A DNA stretch of 64,000 nt from Fimbriimonadia bacterium (GCA_041483895.1 JBGPGO010000009.1:64001-128000), one strand, 5' to 3'; positions 32,541 to 43,221 are shown, counted from the stretch's first letter. The notes: generated from the sequence alone by a model not told the origin. A program made the numbers and translations.

Positions 32541-33906
32541 GAAACTGTTCGGCACCGACGGCGTGCGCGGCGTCGCCAACCAACAATTGACCCCAGAACT
32601 TGCCCTGTCAATCGGGCGGGCGGCCGGCGCGTATGTGCGGGAGCAGGGCGGCGGTGAAGTTCTCATCGGTTGGGATCCGCGGCTCAGCTCGACAATGCTC
32701 AAATCCGGGCTCGCAGCCGGCTTCTGTTCGAGTGGTATCGATGTGGTTGAGGCCGGGACGATCCCGACAGGGACGCTGGCGCTGTTTGTGCGCTGCGGTG
32801 GATATGCGTTGGGGGCAATGGTGTCGGCTTCCCACAATCCCGCGAGCGATAACGGGATCAAATTGATCGGCCCGAATGGCCGAAAACTGGCCGATTCTGT
32901 AGAAGTTTTAGTTGAAAAGTTGATCGATGCTCCCCCATCTCGTGCCGCTGCCGACGCCGTCGGTACCATTACTACGGCCGAGGGGCTCAAGGCCCAACAT
33001 CTCGCCTTCTTGCGGGAGAAATTCCCGATCGATCTGTCCAAGTTTCGCTTGGTCGTCGATTGCGCGCACGGCGCCGCCGCCGGCTGGGCCGGAGAGGTGT
33101 TTCGCCAAGCGGGCGCGGAGGTTGTGGAGATCGGCGTCACCCCGAACGGTCTTAATATCAATGCGGAAGGTGGCGCGACGAAGCCTTCGCAAATCCAAGA
33201 ACAGGTCCGGATTCACAGTGCGCATGTTGGGATCGCGTTCGATGGAGATGCCGACCGCGCCGTGTTTGCCGACGAGCACGGGAACCTGCTCAATGGCGAC
33301 GCGATGATGGCGATGTGGGCGACCCACCGCGCTGCCCAAAAGCAATTGCAGCCGCCAGTTGTGGTCGGTACCGTGATGAGCAACATGGGAATGGAACGGT
33401 TCCTCGCCACTCAAGACATTCGGTTGGAACGCACCCCGGTCGGCGACCGATACGTAGTCGAGAAGATGGACGAAACCGGCGCACTGATCGGCGGCGAGCA
33501 GTCCGGGCACATCGTGTTTTCCGAATTGGCGCCGACGGGCGACGGCATCGTTACGGCGATGGAAATGCTATCGGTGTTGGCGGAAACCGGGAAGCCATTG
33601 TCGGAGGCGGCGCGCCTCTTTGAGCCCTGGCCGCAGGTTTTGCTCAACGTGCGCCTTGGCGACAAGGACGCTTGGCGAACAGCAGCGGTGGAGACGGCGA
33701 TCGAAGATGCGACGGAGATTCTCGGCGAGCTTGGCCGAATCAACGTCCGGCCATCGGGGACCCAGCCCATTCTCCGGATTATGTGCGAGCACCGGGACCG
33801 AACCGTACGGGATGCCGCTGCGGAAAAGGTGTTTGCAGCCTTGCGGGCCGCCGCCAAGGCCGAAATATATTCTCGAGTGGAGTTGACAGATGCTCTTGGC
33901 GATTGA
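32533..33906 (+). CDS. glmM: Phosphoglucosamine mutase
   Basis: [38 protein letters not shown]. Confidence 0.95.
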   Translation: MNKKLFGTDGVRGVANQQLTPELALSIGRAAGAYVREQGGGEVLIGWDPRLSSTMLKSGLAAGFCSSGIDVVEAGTIPTGTLALFVRCGGYALGAMVSASHNPASDNGIKLIGPNGRKLADSVEVLVEKLIDAPPSRAAADAVGTITTAEGLKAQHLAFLREKFPIDLSKFRLVVDCAHGAAAGWAGEVFRQAGAEVVEIGVTPNGLNINAEGGATKPSQIQEQVRIHSAHVGIAFDGDADRAVFADEHGNLLNGDAMMAMWATHRAAQKQLQPPVVVGTVMSNMGMERFLATQDIRLERTPVGDRYVVEKMDETGALIGGEQSGHIVFSELAPTGDGIVTAMEMLSVLAETGKPLSEAARLFEPWPQVLLNVRLGDKDAWRTAAVETAIEDATEILGELGRINVRPSGTQPILRIMCEHRDRTVRDAAAEKVFAALRAAAKAEIYSRVELTDALGD

Positions 33907-34639
33907 CATCGGCAACACTCATATCTTCTACGGCGTTCATGATGGCGCGGAATGGCGTTTGACGTGGCGCCAGCACACGAATCCGTTGGTTACAGAGGAC
34001 GAGATCGCCGTCTTTGCGCAGCCGATGCTGGAACGCATCGGGGCGAAGGTAGGCCGGGTCGGAATCAGCAGCGTCGTGCCCGCTCTGGATGACGCCTTCC
34101 ATCAATACTGCGTCAAATGGCTGGAGCGGGAACCGGCGATGGTGACGCACAAGGCGACCGGGCGATTGAAATTGGCTGTGCGGCATCCGGAGACCGTTGG
34201 CGCGGACCGAATCGCAAACGGCGTGGCTGCTCTCACCAACTATTTCGTTCCGGCCATCGTGGTTGATTTGGGCACGGCTACGACGTTTGATGCAATCTCA
34301 GCCGGCAACGAGTACTTGGGAGGCGCGATCATGCCGGGCGTTGAGATATCGATGGCCGCGCTTTTTCAACGCGCCGCCAAACTGCCCAAAATCTCCCTTT
34401 CGGCTCCTCCCAAGGTAATCGGCGCAGACACGGAAACGAGCCTCGCCTCCGGCATCGTCCTCGGCACGGCCGCGGCGATCGACGGAATGGTGGGACTCAT
34501 ATCTCAAGAACTGGGAGCCGCACCATTTGTAATCGCCACCGGCGGGCTGGCGCCGAGCATCGCGTCGAACTGCAAGACGGTGCAGCAGGTGGATCCGATG
34601 TTGACCTTAGAGGGCATTCGCATTTTGACTAGTGCTTGA
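33890..34639 (+). CDS. coaX: Type III pantothenate kinase
   Basis: [33 protein letters not shown]. Confidence 0.95.
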   Translation: MLLAIDIGNTHIFYGVHDGAEWRLTWRQHTNPLVTEDEIAVFAQPMLERIGAKVGRVGISSVVPALDDAFHQYCVKWLEREPAMVTHKATGRLKLAVRHPETVGADRIANGVAALTNYFVPAIVVDLGTATTFDAISAGNEYLGGAIMPGVEISMAALFQRAAKLPKISLSAPPKVIGADTETSLASGIVLGTAAAIDGMVGLISQELGAAPFVIATGGLAPSIASNCKTVQQVDPMLTLEGIRILTSA

Positions 34640-36026
34640 TCTTGGGCCAATATTTGTCGTACATGAAGTTCGGACTATTTTCGGGGTTGTGACAACCGAT
34701 GCAGGCCTTCTCGCCGTTCGCCTTCATTGATGGATATTGCATTGGAGTGGCCCCGCCGTCTTTCTTGGCTTTGTAATAGGCGACATGCTCGCTGCCCGGT
34801 CCATGACAGTTTTCACAGCCGACATCCCGCAGATGCGGCGTCGCGACCGGCGTGGAGAAGCCGCTCTTGTAGGCAAAACCAACCGAGTGACAACCGACGC
34901 ATTCTGGGTTGTAGTCCATCTTCACCTTTGTCAAGGTCGCGTAGGCGTGGGAATGCGGCGATGCCTTCCAAATGTCCTGTTCCTTCTGATGGCAAGAGGC
35001 GCATTCGTTTGACCCGACATAGGTCGCGGACGCCGGCTCCTTGATCTTGGGATGCGTTTTCAAGTAGTCGCCTTCTCGCAATCGAAGCGAGTAATAGTCC
35101 CTGATGGAAGCGGTCTTTTCATCATCCGCGAAGGTGGGCCCAAGCTCGACGTGGTTGGCAGTGATTCCATCCTGCGCGATCTTAAGCTCGCCGACCTCTT
35201 TGCCCCTCTCGCCGGCCGCGACCAACATCACTGTCCCGATCTTGATCGGTTCCTGCCACTTGTCCGATGCGTGGGCGTAGACGATCGCTTTGAGCCAGGG
35301 CGCGGCCTTTGCCGCTTCGATGGCGCCCTCCTTGCCGCCGTGGAAAAGCAGAACGGCGGCCTTGCCCTTTGCCGCCGACTTCATCTCTTGCAGCAGATCT
35401 TCGACGGGCAATACCTGGAACCCAGGGCACGAACTCTTGATCGCATCCTCAAACAGCGGCGAAATCGCGCCGATTATCAGCAGCTTGCCGCCACCCACAT
35501 CCGTTCGCTCTACCGATGCCGGGAATGGCCGTTCACCGTTCTCATCCCGCACGTTCCCGGAAATAAATGGGGTCCCGTAATTGATGGTCATCAGTTTTAG
35601 GGTGTCGACGCCGAGAGCATAATCCTGCTCACCAAGGTTGACCGCCCCGTATTTGAGCGACTTGAAATATTCGGCGATGATTTCCGTCTTCAGCAGAGAT
35701 TGCGGTTCGAGATCGCTCACCAAATCCCCATTGGAAACCGGCACGGCGCGGGGGTCGGACAGGTACTTTCGGATGAATGTCGCCTGTCGCGCAAGACCGC
35801 CGACCTGGGGGGCCGTGCAACCGCACGGCTCCAGGTATCCGCGTAGTTCTCCGGTGAACAGCAGGCGCCAATCACTCGCCGGCCCATCCGATCTAGCGCC
35901 GACGAGAATCAGCGCCAGCAAGACGGCGGTGATGATCCCCGTTATCGCCCGGGCGATCAGTGTTCGGTGCCCGAGCCGCCGGGTACCGGCTGGGCCCCTG
36001 GCACGTCGTTCGTTACATTGAGCCAT
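34629..36026 (-). CDS. Tetraheme cytochrome c (c554-like) fused to a 5'-nucleotidase/UshA-like domain
   Basis: Four CxxCH (CASCH, CVGCH, CENCH, CIGCH); GELRGYLEPCGC...GGLAR; start uncertain, may lie near 35960. Confidence 0.8.
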   Translation of the reverse strand: MAQCNERRARGPAGTRRLGHRTLIARAITGIITAVLLALILVGARSDGPASDWRLLFTGELRGYLEPCGCTAPQVGGLARQATFIRKYLSDPRAVPVSNGDLVSDLEPQSLLKTEIIAEYFKSLKYGAVNLGEQDYALGVDTLKLMTINYGTPFISGNVRDENGERPFPASVERTDVGGGKLLIIGAISPLFEDAIKSSCPGFQVLPVEDLLQEMKSAAKGKAAVLLFHGGKEGAIEAAKAAPWLKAIVYAHASDKWQEPIKIGTVMLVAAGERGKEVGELKIAQDGITANHVELGPTFADDEKTASIRDYYSLRLREGDYLKTHPKIKEPASATYVGSNECASCHQKEQDIWKASPHSHAYATLTKVKMDYNPECVGCHSVGFAYKSGFSTPVATPHLRDVGCENCHGPGSEHVAYYKAKKDGGATPMQYPSMKANGEKACIGCHNPENSPNFMYDKYWPKIKH

Positions 36027-37741
36027 ATCGCCGCCTGGATCTTCGGCTGCTTTGGACTATCCGTATTGATGAGCACTCGGATCTGCTTGGTCATCGGTTG
36101 GAGGTCGGGCTTCGCGGTAAACCAGATGCGATACTCGTGACCTTCTCTAACCGTTTCGACAGTGGCTTCAACTTCATCGGAACTCAGCTCCACACCGAGA
36201 ATCTTGAACTCTGCCAGATTCTGTTCGAGTTCGACCGCCTTCTTCTCTTGCTCTTTCCCAAAGACGGCATAGTGAGTAACACCCGGATTGACCGAGATTC
36301 CCTTTGTCATCCGGAGCACATAATACAGTTTCGCTTCGTTGTCGAGATTCGTGACCATGTCCACCCGCATATTGTAGGGGCCGCCATATCCAAGTCGTTC
36401 ATTGAGCAGAATCTTGACCACGTAGCCGTCTCGCTCCGATTCTCCCAATGTGGGATATTCCGGAGGCGTAAACTTCCTCTTTCCTCGCTCAAACGTGGCG
36501 GTGCATCCACTCAGCGTGCAGGTTGCTGCCAGAAGTTCGAACGGCTTGCCGGTTGGCGAATAGACAAAGAAATCGTTTTCCCCTTCCTTGTCCGCGGGCA
36601 ATTCTATCGAGGACACGTTGGATGGGAAGGTAGCGACGTTTCGCATCACGGTCAAATTGATAATGTATCTCTTCTCAGATTCTACAAGGTCGTTGGAATA
36701 GATCGTCATGCCGCGGGAGATCATCCCCGAGAACTGCGTTCCGTCGATCGACCCCGTAATTTTCCCTGTCGCGCCCGGCGCCACCTCGGGATCCCATTCC
36801 TTATGAGTGCATTTGCAGTCGGCATTAATATTCGAAATGCGCAGCGTCGCATTCCCAGTGTTCTTGAACTTTATGACAAAGTCCACACCCGCCTTTGCGT
36901 CAACCCGCCCCAGCTCCAAATAGTCCTGATCAAACTTGATCTCCGGGAGTTCCAGGTCGATCTTCTTCTTCGCGACGGCGAATTCTTGAATGGTGGATGC
37001 CGCATTGACGACACTCTTCGCGGCGGCGATCTCGGTAGGAGTCGCCGCGATCGTCGAATATCCCCCATGGAGATCTATCGACATAATCCCGAGCGCGCCG
37101 CCGGAAGGCCGCAGTCCAAAGAACCCGCCGACGCCGCGGCCCGCGAGGTGGCTGATTGAACGTGCCGAATGTGGCGTCCCTGAAGGTCCCTCATCCATCG
37201 ATATCTTGACCCGCAATTTGCGGTTGTTCGTGGGACCGCCCAGAAAGCCGAAATCTTCGCATCCCATCGGCCCAGACTCATTCCGGAAAGACATCGAGTT
37301 CGACGGAATATAGCCTGGATTCATGATGAACAGCAAGTTGGCGGATGTCGCTCCATCCAACTTCGGAGGAGTGGTCTTTGTGAACGTAACCGCTCCCTTG
37401 AGCGCGGTCTCCCACACTTTGACGCCTTCCTCAATCGCCTTCTCTGCCGCCACTCGCCGATCCGGGGGTATCGCCGATACGTCGGCGCTCCATACCACAT
37501 TATTAAGGGAAAGTCGCGTGATGAACCCTTGAGCTCCGGCAAAATCACCTTTCGCCAGGCACTTCTCCGCTCGCACCAGATCCGCTTGAAGCACCGCTGA
37601 CGCTGGGGTCGCGAACGGAATCGGCAATTGGTCGGTGCTGGTCGGCGACAGCGTCGCGGGTGCTCGCAGACTGACGTCAGAGCCGGCGACCCCTGAATGC
37701 AACATGGATAACTTAAGGATAATCATTAATGTAGTCAGCAT
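35957..37741 (-). CDS. DUF1573-domain secreted protein
   Basis: FKNTGNATLRISNINADCKCT...VAPGATGKI Ig-like motif; GAGG RBS before ATG 37741. Confidence 0.7.
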   Translation of the reverse strand: MLTTLMIILKLSMLHSGVAGSDVSLRAPATLSPTSTDQLPIPFATPASAVLQADLVRAEKCLAKGDFAGAQGFITRLSLNNVVWSADVSAIPPDRRVAAEKAIEEGVKVWETALKGAVTFTKTTPPKLDGATSANLLFIMNPGYIPSNSMSFRNESGPMGCEDFGFLGGPTNNRKLRVKISMDEGPSGTPHSARSISHLAGRGVGGFFGLRPSGGALGIMSIDLHGGYSTIAATPTEIAAAKSVVNAASTIQEFAVAKKKIDLELPEIKFDQDYLELGRVDAKAGVDFVIKFKNTGNATLRISNINADCKCTHKEWDPEVAPGATGKITGSIDGTQFSGMISRGMTIYSNDLVESEKRYIINLTVMRNVATFPSNVSSIELPADKEGENDFFVYSPTGKPFELLAATCTLSGCTATFERGKRKFTPPEYPTLGESERDGYVVKILLNERLGYGGPYNMRVDMVTNLDNEAKLYYVLRMTKGISVNPGVTHYAVFGKEQEKKAVELEQNLAEFKILGVELSSDEVEATVETVREGHEYRIWFTAKPDLQPMTKQIRVLINTDSPKQPKIQAAIWLNVTNDVPGAQPVPGGSGTEH

Positions 37742-37919
37742 AGTCTTGTAGCCACCTCGATTTGGGTCCCTAATGCGGGGCGCAGGACCGCTCTCCCCAC
37801 AGGATGCTCTATAATGATACGCCAAAACGCCAGTGGCTGTCCCCATTTGACTGGCGCTACGTTAATATCACTTGTTGCGCGTCGGTATTTCGCCGGTACG
37901 ATTGCGAGGTCTGTCACAG

Positions 37920-38258
37920 ATGTCCAGCCAAATCGAGGTATTCCAGAACCCCAAGCCATCCCGAGACTACGTGATTCGGCACACATGCGCTGAGTTCACT
38001 TCGATGTGTCCGAAGACAGGGAATCCGGATTTCGGGGCCATCACTCTGGAATATACGCCCGATCAACTTTGCCTCGAACTGAAATCCCTCAAATTCTATT
38101 ACTTTAGCTTTCGAGAGAAGGGCATATTTTACGAAGCCGTCGTGAACCAGATCTTGGACGATTTGATCGGGGCGTGCAGTCCGAAGAAGATGACGATAAC
38201 CGGAGAATTCAATACCCGCGGCGGCATCGCTTCAACCATCGTGGCAACCTACCCGTAA
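37920..38258 (+). CDS. queF: preQ0 (7-cyano-7-deazaguanine) reductase
   Basis: EFTSMCPKTGNPDF, LELKSLKFY, FNTRGGI. Confidence 0.95.
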   Translation: MSSQIEVFQNPKPSRDYVIRHTCAEFTSMCPKTGNPDFGAITLEYTPDQLCLELKSLKFYYFSFREKGIFYEAVVNQILDDLIGACSPKKMTITGEFNTRGGIASTIVATYP

Positions 38259-38309
38259 CGCTGCCTTCCAGGCGGCACCGGATTTGTGCCGCCTGGAAGG
38301 CAGCGTTAC
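38255..38309. repeat. Perfect 24-bp-arm REP-like palindrome
   Basis: GTAACGCTGCCTTCCAGGCGGCAC-N7-GTGCCGCCTGGAAGGCAGCGTTAC. Confidence 0.9.
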
Positions 38310-38815
38310 TTGTCTATGCGGAATTTGGTGATGAGCGCCCGGGCGACGTCTGCGTCCTTCCAGCCCAGCACATCTACCGCCTTCCATTCCAAGTGCTTGT
38401 AGACCTCGAAAAAGTGTATCAATTCCGCGAGTAGATGGTCGCCTACATCGGCGAGCGATCGGGTCTCCGCGAACCGAGGATCGTTGCTCGCGACTGAAAG
38501 AATCTTCTCATCGGGACCCTTGTCGTCCTCCATCATCAGCACACCAACGGGCCGTACCCGGACGAGGCATCCAGGAAAGGTGGGCTGGGAGACCAGGACC
38601 AGAATGTCCAGCGGGTCGCCGTCCAGATAGTTGGTCTGCGGGATAAAGCCATAATCGCACGGATAGTGTAATGGAGAGTACAGAACGCGATCCAGGACGA
38701 CCATATCCAGCGCCTTGCTGTACTCGTACTTGTTGGAGCTTCCCTTCGAAATCTCGATAACACAATTGATCTCATCCGGAGCCTTGTTGCCGATAGGAAT
38801 CTCGCTCAGCCTCAT
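38306..38815 (-). CDS. ppa: Family I inorganic pyrophosphatase
   Basis: IEISKGSSNKYE, YPCDYGFIPQT, DGDPLD, FFEVYKHLE. Confidence 0.96.
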   Translation of the reverse strand: MRLSEIPIGNKAPDEINCVIEISKGSSNKYEYSKALDMVVLDRVLYSPLHYPCDYGFIPQTNYLDGDPLDILVLVSQPTFPGCLVRVRPVGVLMMEDDKGPDEKILSVASNDPRFAETRSLADVGDHLLAELIHFFEVYKHLEWKAVDVLGWKDADVARALITKFRIDK

Positions 38816-39446
38816 GGCCACCTTATACCTTATCTGATGGTCCGAGCCGGTTTGGCATGAGTCTTGCACCCTTCCCAATCGCCGGATCTGGAATGATTGC
38901 CGGTCTGGCTCGGCGTCGAATTGCCCGGTTAAATGGATAGCTGGCGGACATTCCAGGGTTTTGCCCGGTCGCCACACCGGGTTTGAACCGGGATTACCAT
39001 ATTAATTATAACAGTAAAGTAAGTTTGCTGTTTACGATGTTTGCTAGCTGCATTCATCGCTTGTTTGGGATGTTATGGCGTAAGTTATGCTACTTCTTCC
39101 TGGCAAACTGGCCTTTTAGTGTTATAATTATTGCCGGAGGGGTAGTCAAGTTCAATCGAAAGTGCGACTTGATACTGGAATGAGTGGGCGTAAGCCCGAG
39201 TTACTTAGGGGTCGAGAGAACGTTAACTGCCGATGATGTTCACCACTCGATCTTAGAAGGAGCCGATGCTTCCGGCCACCGGCGATCTTGGGGAGGTTGT
39301 CTGCGAAAGCAACCGACTGGAGGACGCGCGAACGGGGGTGCGGCCAGTCCATATTGATTGTGTATCCACTTGAGGCAAGAGGTCCCCTGCAGGGGCTGAC
39401 TCCTCAGTTATCTTATCTTGCCTAAATTGAAGGAGTAGAAAACTAA

Positions 39447-40403
39447 ATGTCTATCCTCAACAAGACTCTGACCAGCGCTTTGGCGCTGTGTGTAGTGGCC
39501 GGCTCTTTCGGCCAGCTCGTTAAGTCGGGCAATACCAACAACACGAACAGCTCCAAAGTCGGTAACTCCGGCGTCGGCGCTGCCGCTGATGATGGTAGCC
39601 TGTACTTGCTTGTAGTCCCGAACCTGATCTGGGGCCGAGACGACGTGATCACGGACCCGTTCGATGGTCAGAAAAAGCATTGCTTCCGACCGGAAGTCAT
39701 CAACATCGATCATCTTACGATCCGCGACGTCCTTACGGCCACCGGTACAACCGGTATCGACGGCAACCTGCTCGTCCAGGCCGTGCGCGTCTCCAAGGAG
39801 ACTCCGTACTGGAAGTGCACCGCGTTCGTTACCGGTCCGGGTTCCGGTCGAAACACCAACTTCGACACCGGCTGGAAGTACGCTGACAGCTCGATGCTCG
39901 ATGACTTTCTCTGCAACATCGCCTTCGGTATCCCCTTCGATTCGAAGTGCCTAGGCGATCGCTGCCTTCTCTTCTCGCCGCCCGCGACCAAGTACACCCT
40001 GTACGTGGCCTATGTGCGCCGAGATCCCAAGACCGGCCGTGTCGGCGCTCCTGTAGTCGTCCGATACTGCATCCAGGTCAGAATCCCGACCCGCGAGGAC
40101 ATCGCTTGCAACATCGAGTACTTCATGACCGTCGCCGCCGGCGTGACCCAGAAGTGCAAGATCACGGAAGAGTGCGCTGAGGCTTTGCTCGTCGCTTTGA
40201 GCGAGCCGGACAACCTGACCGCGTTGCTCGAGTTCGAGTTTGTGGTTGCGTTCTGCGCCATCGACTTCAGCGTTCTTCGCGATGCCAAGGATGCTGACGG
40301 CAACTGGGATGCTCGCTTCATCAGCGACTACCTGATCGACAGCGACGAAGAGCCGATCGGCTGCCTTCTCATCGAAATGGCGAATGCCGCTCTTTGGTTC
40401 TAA
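39447..40403 (+). CDS. Cys-rich secreted hypothetical protein
   Basis: AAGGAG RBS; signal peptide; 11 Cys in the mature part; own terminator. Confidence 0.8.
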   Translation: MSILNKTLTSALALCVVAGSFGQLVKSGNTNNTNSSKVGNSGVGAAADDGSLYLLVVPNLIWGRDDVITDPFDGQKKHCFRPEVINIDHLTIRDVLTATGTTGIDGNLLVQAVRVSKETPYWKCTAFVTGPGSGRNTNFDTGWKYADSSMLDDFLCNIAFGIPFDSKCLGDRCLLFSPPATKYTLYVAYVRRDPKTGRVGAPVVVRYCIQVRIPTREDIACNIEYFMTVAAGVTQKCKITEECAEALLVALSEPDNLTALLEFEFVVAFCAIDFSVLRDAKDADGNWDARFISDYLIDSDEEPIGCLLIEMANAALWF

Positions 40404-40433
40404 ACTAGACTATCGACTGATTGCGATAAATTG

Positions 40434-40467
40434 CGGGGGAGTGGAAACACTCCCCCGATTTTCATTT
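40434..40467 (+). terminator. Intrinsic terminator
   Basis: CGGGGGAGTG-GAAA-CACTCCCCCG followed by ATTTTCATTT. Confidence 0.75.
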
Positions 40468-40486
40468 GCAATGAACGCCCATCCGC

Positions 40487-40572
40487 ACTTGCGACTCGGT
40501 CGGGAGACCGGTCGCATCAAGCGCATCATGACTTGCAACTTGCGACTTGGTCGGGAGACCGGTCGCATCAAG
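40487..40572. repeat. Two 35-bp hairpin direct repeats
   Basis: ACTTGCGACTYGGTCGGGAGACCGGTCGCATCAAG at 40487 and 40538. Confidence 0.85.
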
Positions 40573-40650
40573 GGAAGAACCCCCACCCAGCCCTCCCCCT
40601 TGTTCCAGGCTGACGCCTGAAAAAATGGGAGGGCTTTCCGGAATCCTGTC

Positions 40651-42486
40651 TTACAGCGCCTCGCGAATCTTGTCCACGAGCTCCTGTATCGCGGGGACCT
40701 GCTTGATGAATTTGCTCAACCCATCCGCCACCTGCAGCGCTTCCTCTTGACGCCCGGTCAGCTTCGCCGCCATCCCCAGATTGCCCATCACGGTGAGGAA
40801 TTGAGGATATTGCCGCACCGTGCGCCGCAACAGTTGATAGGCGTCTTCCGCCCGATCCTGGCGAAATAGCGCACCGGCCAGCTCCCCATACGCCGGCTCG
40901 CAGCCCGGATACATCTGAATGAGCTGCACCGCGGCCTGCTCCGCGCGGGGATGGTTGCCGAGCGCATTATGTGCGTGGGACAGCGCGAGCCATAGCTTCC
41001 AGTAGTCACTGAGCCATGCGGCAAGCTGTTCGAGGCCTTCCACCGCTCGCTCCGGTTCATTGGGCACGAGCGCCATCAGGGCGTTGAACCGCTCCAGCTT
41101 CTGTGGGGTCTCGATTTCCATTTGCCACGCCACGGTTTGAGCGCGAAGGTCGGGGGGAGGTTCGGACGCCAATATCAGCTTGATTGCCTCTTTCAGCTCT
41201 TCCGTTTTGCCGTTTTGAAACAGACAGACGGCGTATTCCGCCATCAGCGAGTGATCGTATGGCATGAACGGAATGGCATGCTCGAACTGTTCCAGCGCCT
41301 CGACATGCATTTCTCGCCGAGTCAGGTAGGTGGCGTAATGCCGATGAACGAGGGCCGTGTCCGTTACAGACTCGAGCGCCGTCTGAAATGTCTGGTCGGC
41401 ATCGTCAAACCTTCCAAGCTGTTCGTAGGTTGACGCCAGATTTGTCCAATTTGACGATTGGGATGGATCCTGATCGCGCAGTCCGGTCCACAAATCAATG
41501 ACGTCTTGGGATCGGCCCTCTTGCAACAGGAGGGTGGCAAGGTATGGCCCGGCGGTTTTCTCCTCGTCCTCGCCCTCCCTTGTGAGCGCCTCACGAAGGG
41601 AATGCTCCGCATCGGAAAGCTTGCCTTGGGAAATCTGCATCAAACCGAGCCTCACCCACACGGACGCCTCGGCCGGATTGAGGCTCAGAGATCGTTCGTA
41701 CGCCGCCTCGCCGTCTTCCGCTCGATTCGTTCGCTGACAGAGATCGCCCAACATGTACCAGCCTCGCCAGTCGTCGTCGCACAGGGCTATTGCCGCTCGC
41801 AATGACCGCTCGATCATTTCCAAAGAACCGATCTCGGCACCCAGGCAGAGCCGGCTTAGGCCGATGATCGCTTCGTACGGGGCGACGAAATCCGGGTCCC
41901 GCCGGAGAGAATCGACCAACGCATCGAACGGCCGATCAAAATCGAAATCCGGGGGCAGCTTGTCGGCCGCGCGCTGCAGGTAGGTCAGGCTGTCCCATCC
42001 GATCAGCAGGGAGAGGAACGCCTCGTGATCGTCCGTGCCAAAATCGCCGGTGCCGCGGATAAACTCGTCGGTGGCGACTAGCCCCAATCGATCCACTGTG
42101 TCTCGCATGAAGGAGGTCAGAACCGGTATCACTTCCGCGCGCTCGCCGGCGAACTCCCCGCGTCCGATCTCTCCCTCCCCTGCGCTCGTGATCCGGGCCA
42201 GGATGCGAAACTCCGCGCCGACCTCGACCAGGCCATCGACGGCCCATTTTGCTTCCGTCTCTTGCAAGACCTGAGTTACCAACGCTTCATCCGCCATCTG
42301 ATCGGACAGATTGACCAGGGCGATCTGCTCCCGGCCCTCGTTCTCGAATCGCGCCATATAGGAAATCCCCATGGCCTCGATGTCTTCCAAAGTCTTCATG
42401 GCTTCCGCCAAGATGAAGGAGACCTGCCGGCCATACGCGGCGTCGGTGCCTTGCTTGGTATTGAACGGAAGCACTGCGATTCTCAT
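40651..42486 (-). CDS. TPR protein with N-terminal TolB-N-like domain
   Basis: MRIAVLPF start; multiple TPR motifs. Confidence 0.8.
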   Translation of the reverse strand: MRIAVLPFNTKQGTDAAYGRQVSFILAEAMKTLEDIEAMGISYMARFENEGREQIALVNLSDQMADEALVTQVLQETEAKWAVDGLVEVGAEFRILARITSAGEGEIGRGEFAGERAEVIPVLTSFMRDTVDRLGLVATDEFIRGTGDFGTDDHEAFLSLLIGWDSLTYLQRAADKLPPDFDFDRPFDALVDSLRRDPDFVAPYEAIIGLSRLCLGAEIGSLEMIERSLRAAIALCDDDWRGWYMLGDLCQRTNRAEDGEAAYERSLSLNPAEASVWVRLGLMQISQGKLSDAEHSLREALTREGEDEEKTAGPYLATLLLQEGRSQDVIDLWTGLRDQDPSQSSNWTNLASTYEQLGRFDDADQTFQTALESVTDTALVHRHYATYLTRREMHVEALEQFEHAIPFMPYDHSLMAEYAVCLFQNGKTEELKEAIKLILASEPPPDLRAQTVAWQMEIETPQKLERFNALMALVPNEPERAVEGLEQLAAWLSDYWKLWLALSHAHNALGNHPRAEQAAVQLIQMYPGCEPAYGELAGALFRQDRAEDAYQLLRRTVRQYPQFLTVMGNLGMAAKLTGRQEEALQVADGLSKFIKQVPAIQELVDKIREAL

Positions 42487-43172
42487 TTGCGCGACCTCGC
42501 CGCTTCCTCAACGAAGGCGCGGAGCAAAGCCTGGGTATGCGGTGATTCGGGCGTTCGTTCCGGGTGCCACTGAACGCCGAGGAGCCACCGGCCGTTCGCC
42601 GATTCAATCGCCTCGATGGTGCCATCCATCGCATGGCCGGCGACGCGGAGACCCTCTCCCAACGTTTCGATCGCCTGATGATGGGAACTGTCGGCCTCGA
42701 ATTGGGCTCCCCCGCAAGCCTGGGCCACCATCGATTCCGGATTGAGGTTCAGCGCGTGCGGCAGCGGGCCTTTGGGTTCCACTCGGTGATCCGTTAGGTG
42801 CTGAACGAGCTTTCCGCCCGAAAGAACGTTGATGAATTGGCATCCGTAACAGATGCCCAAGATCGGTTTTCCCGTCGGCAAAAAATGCGGCCAGAAACTT
42901 TTTTCGAAATGAAACCGGATCGGAGAGATAATCTCGACCTCCGGCACAGGCTGTTCCCCGTACTCCGCGGGATCGATGTCGTCGCCGCCCGCGATCAGCC
43001 AACCATCCAACCGATCGGCGTATTCGGAAAAATTCCCGACGAAAGGTAAAATGACGGGCAGACCACCGGCCTCAGAAACGACTCGGCAATATCGGGCGAT
43101 CACTTCGTCCTTGGGGTCGAGAGAATACGAGGAACGATCGGCTGTGATGCCGATGAGCGGCGAACGGTGCAT
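42483..43172 (-). CDS. Gamma-glutamyl-GABA hydrolase family (peptidase C26)
   Basis: GGDDIDP, ILGICYGCQ, SSHHQA, GVQWHPE. Confidence 0.92.
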   Translation of the reverse strand: MHRSPLIGITADRSSYSLDPKDEVIARYCRVVSEAGGLPVILPFVGNFSEYADRLDGWLIAGGDDIDPAEYGEQPVPEVEIISPIRFHFEKSFWPHFLPTGKPILGICYGCQFINVLSGGKLVQHLTDHRVEPKGPLPHALNLNPESMVAQACGGAQFEADSSHHQAIETLGEGLRVAGHAMDGTIEAIESANGRWLLGVQWHPERTPESPHTQALLRAFVEEAARSRK

Positions 43173-43221
43173 GGCCTAAAGTATAGACGCTGGCCAGTTG
43201 GGAAAGGAAGGTATCGGAGCA

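Noticed and set aside
35810..35850. Selenocysteine in the UshA-like CxC motif
   Set aside because: Both positions are Cys codons, with no in-frame TGA
37742..37919. preQ1 riboswitch upstream of queF
   Set aside because: No recognisable preQ1 stem-loop with an A-rich tail
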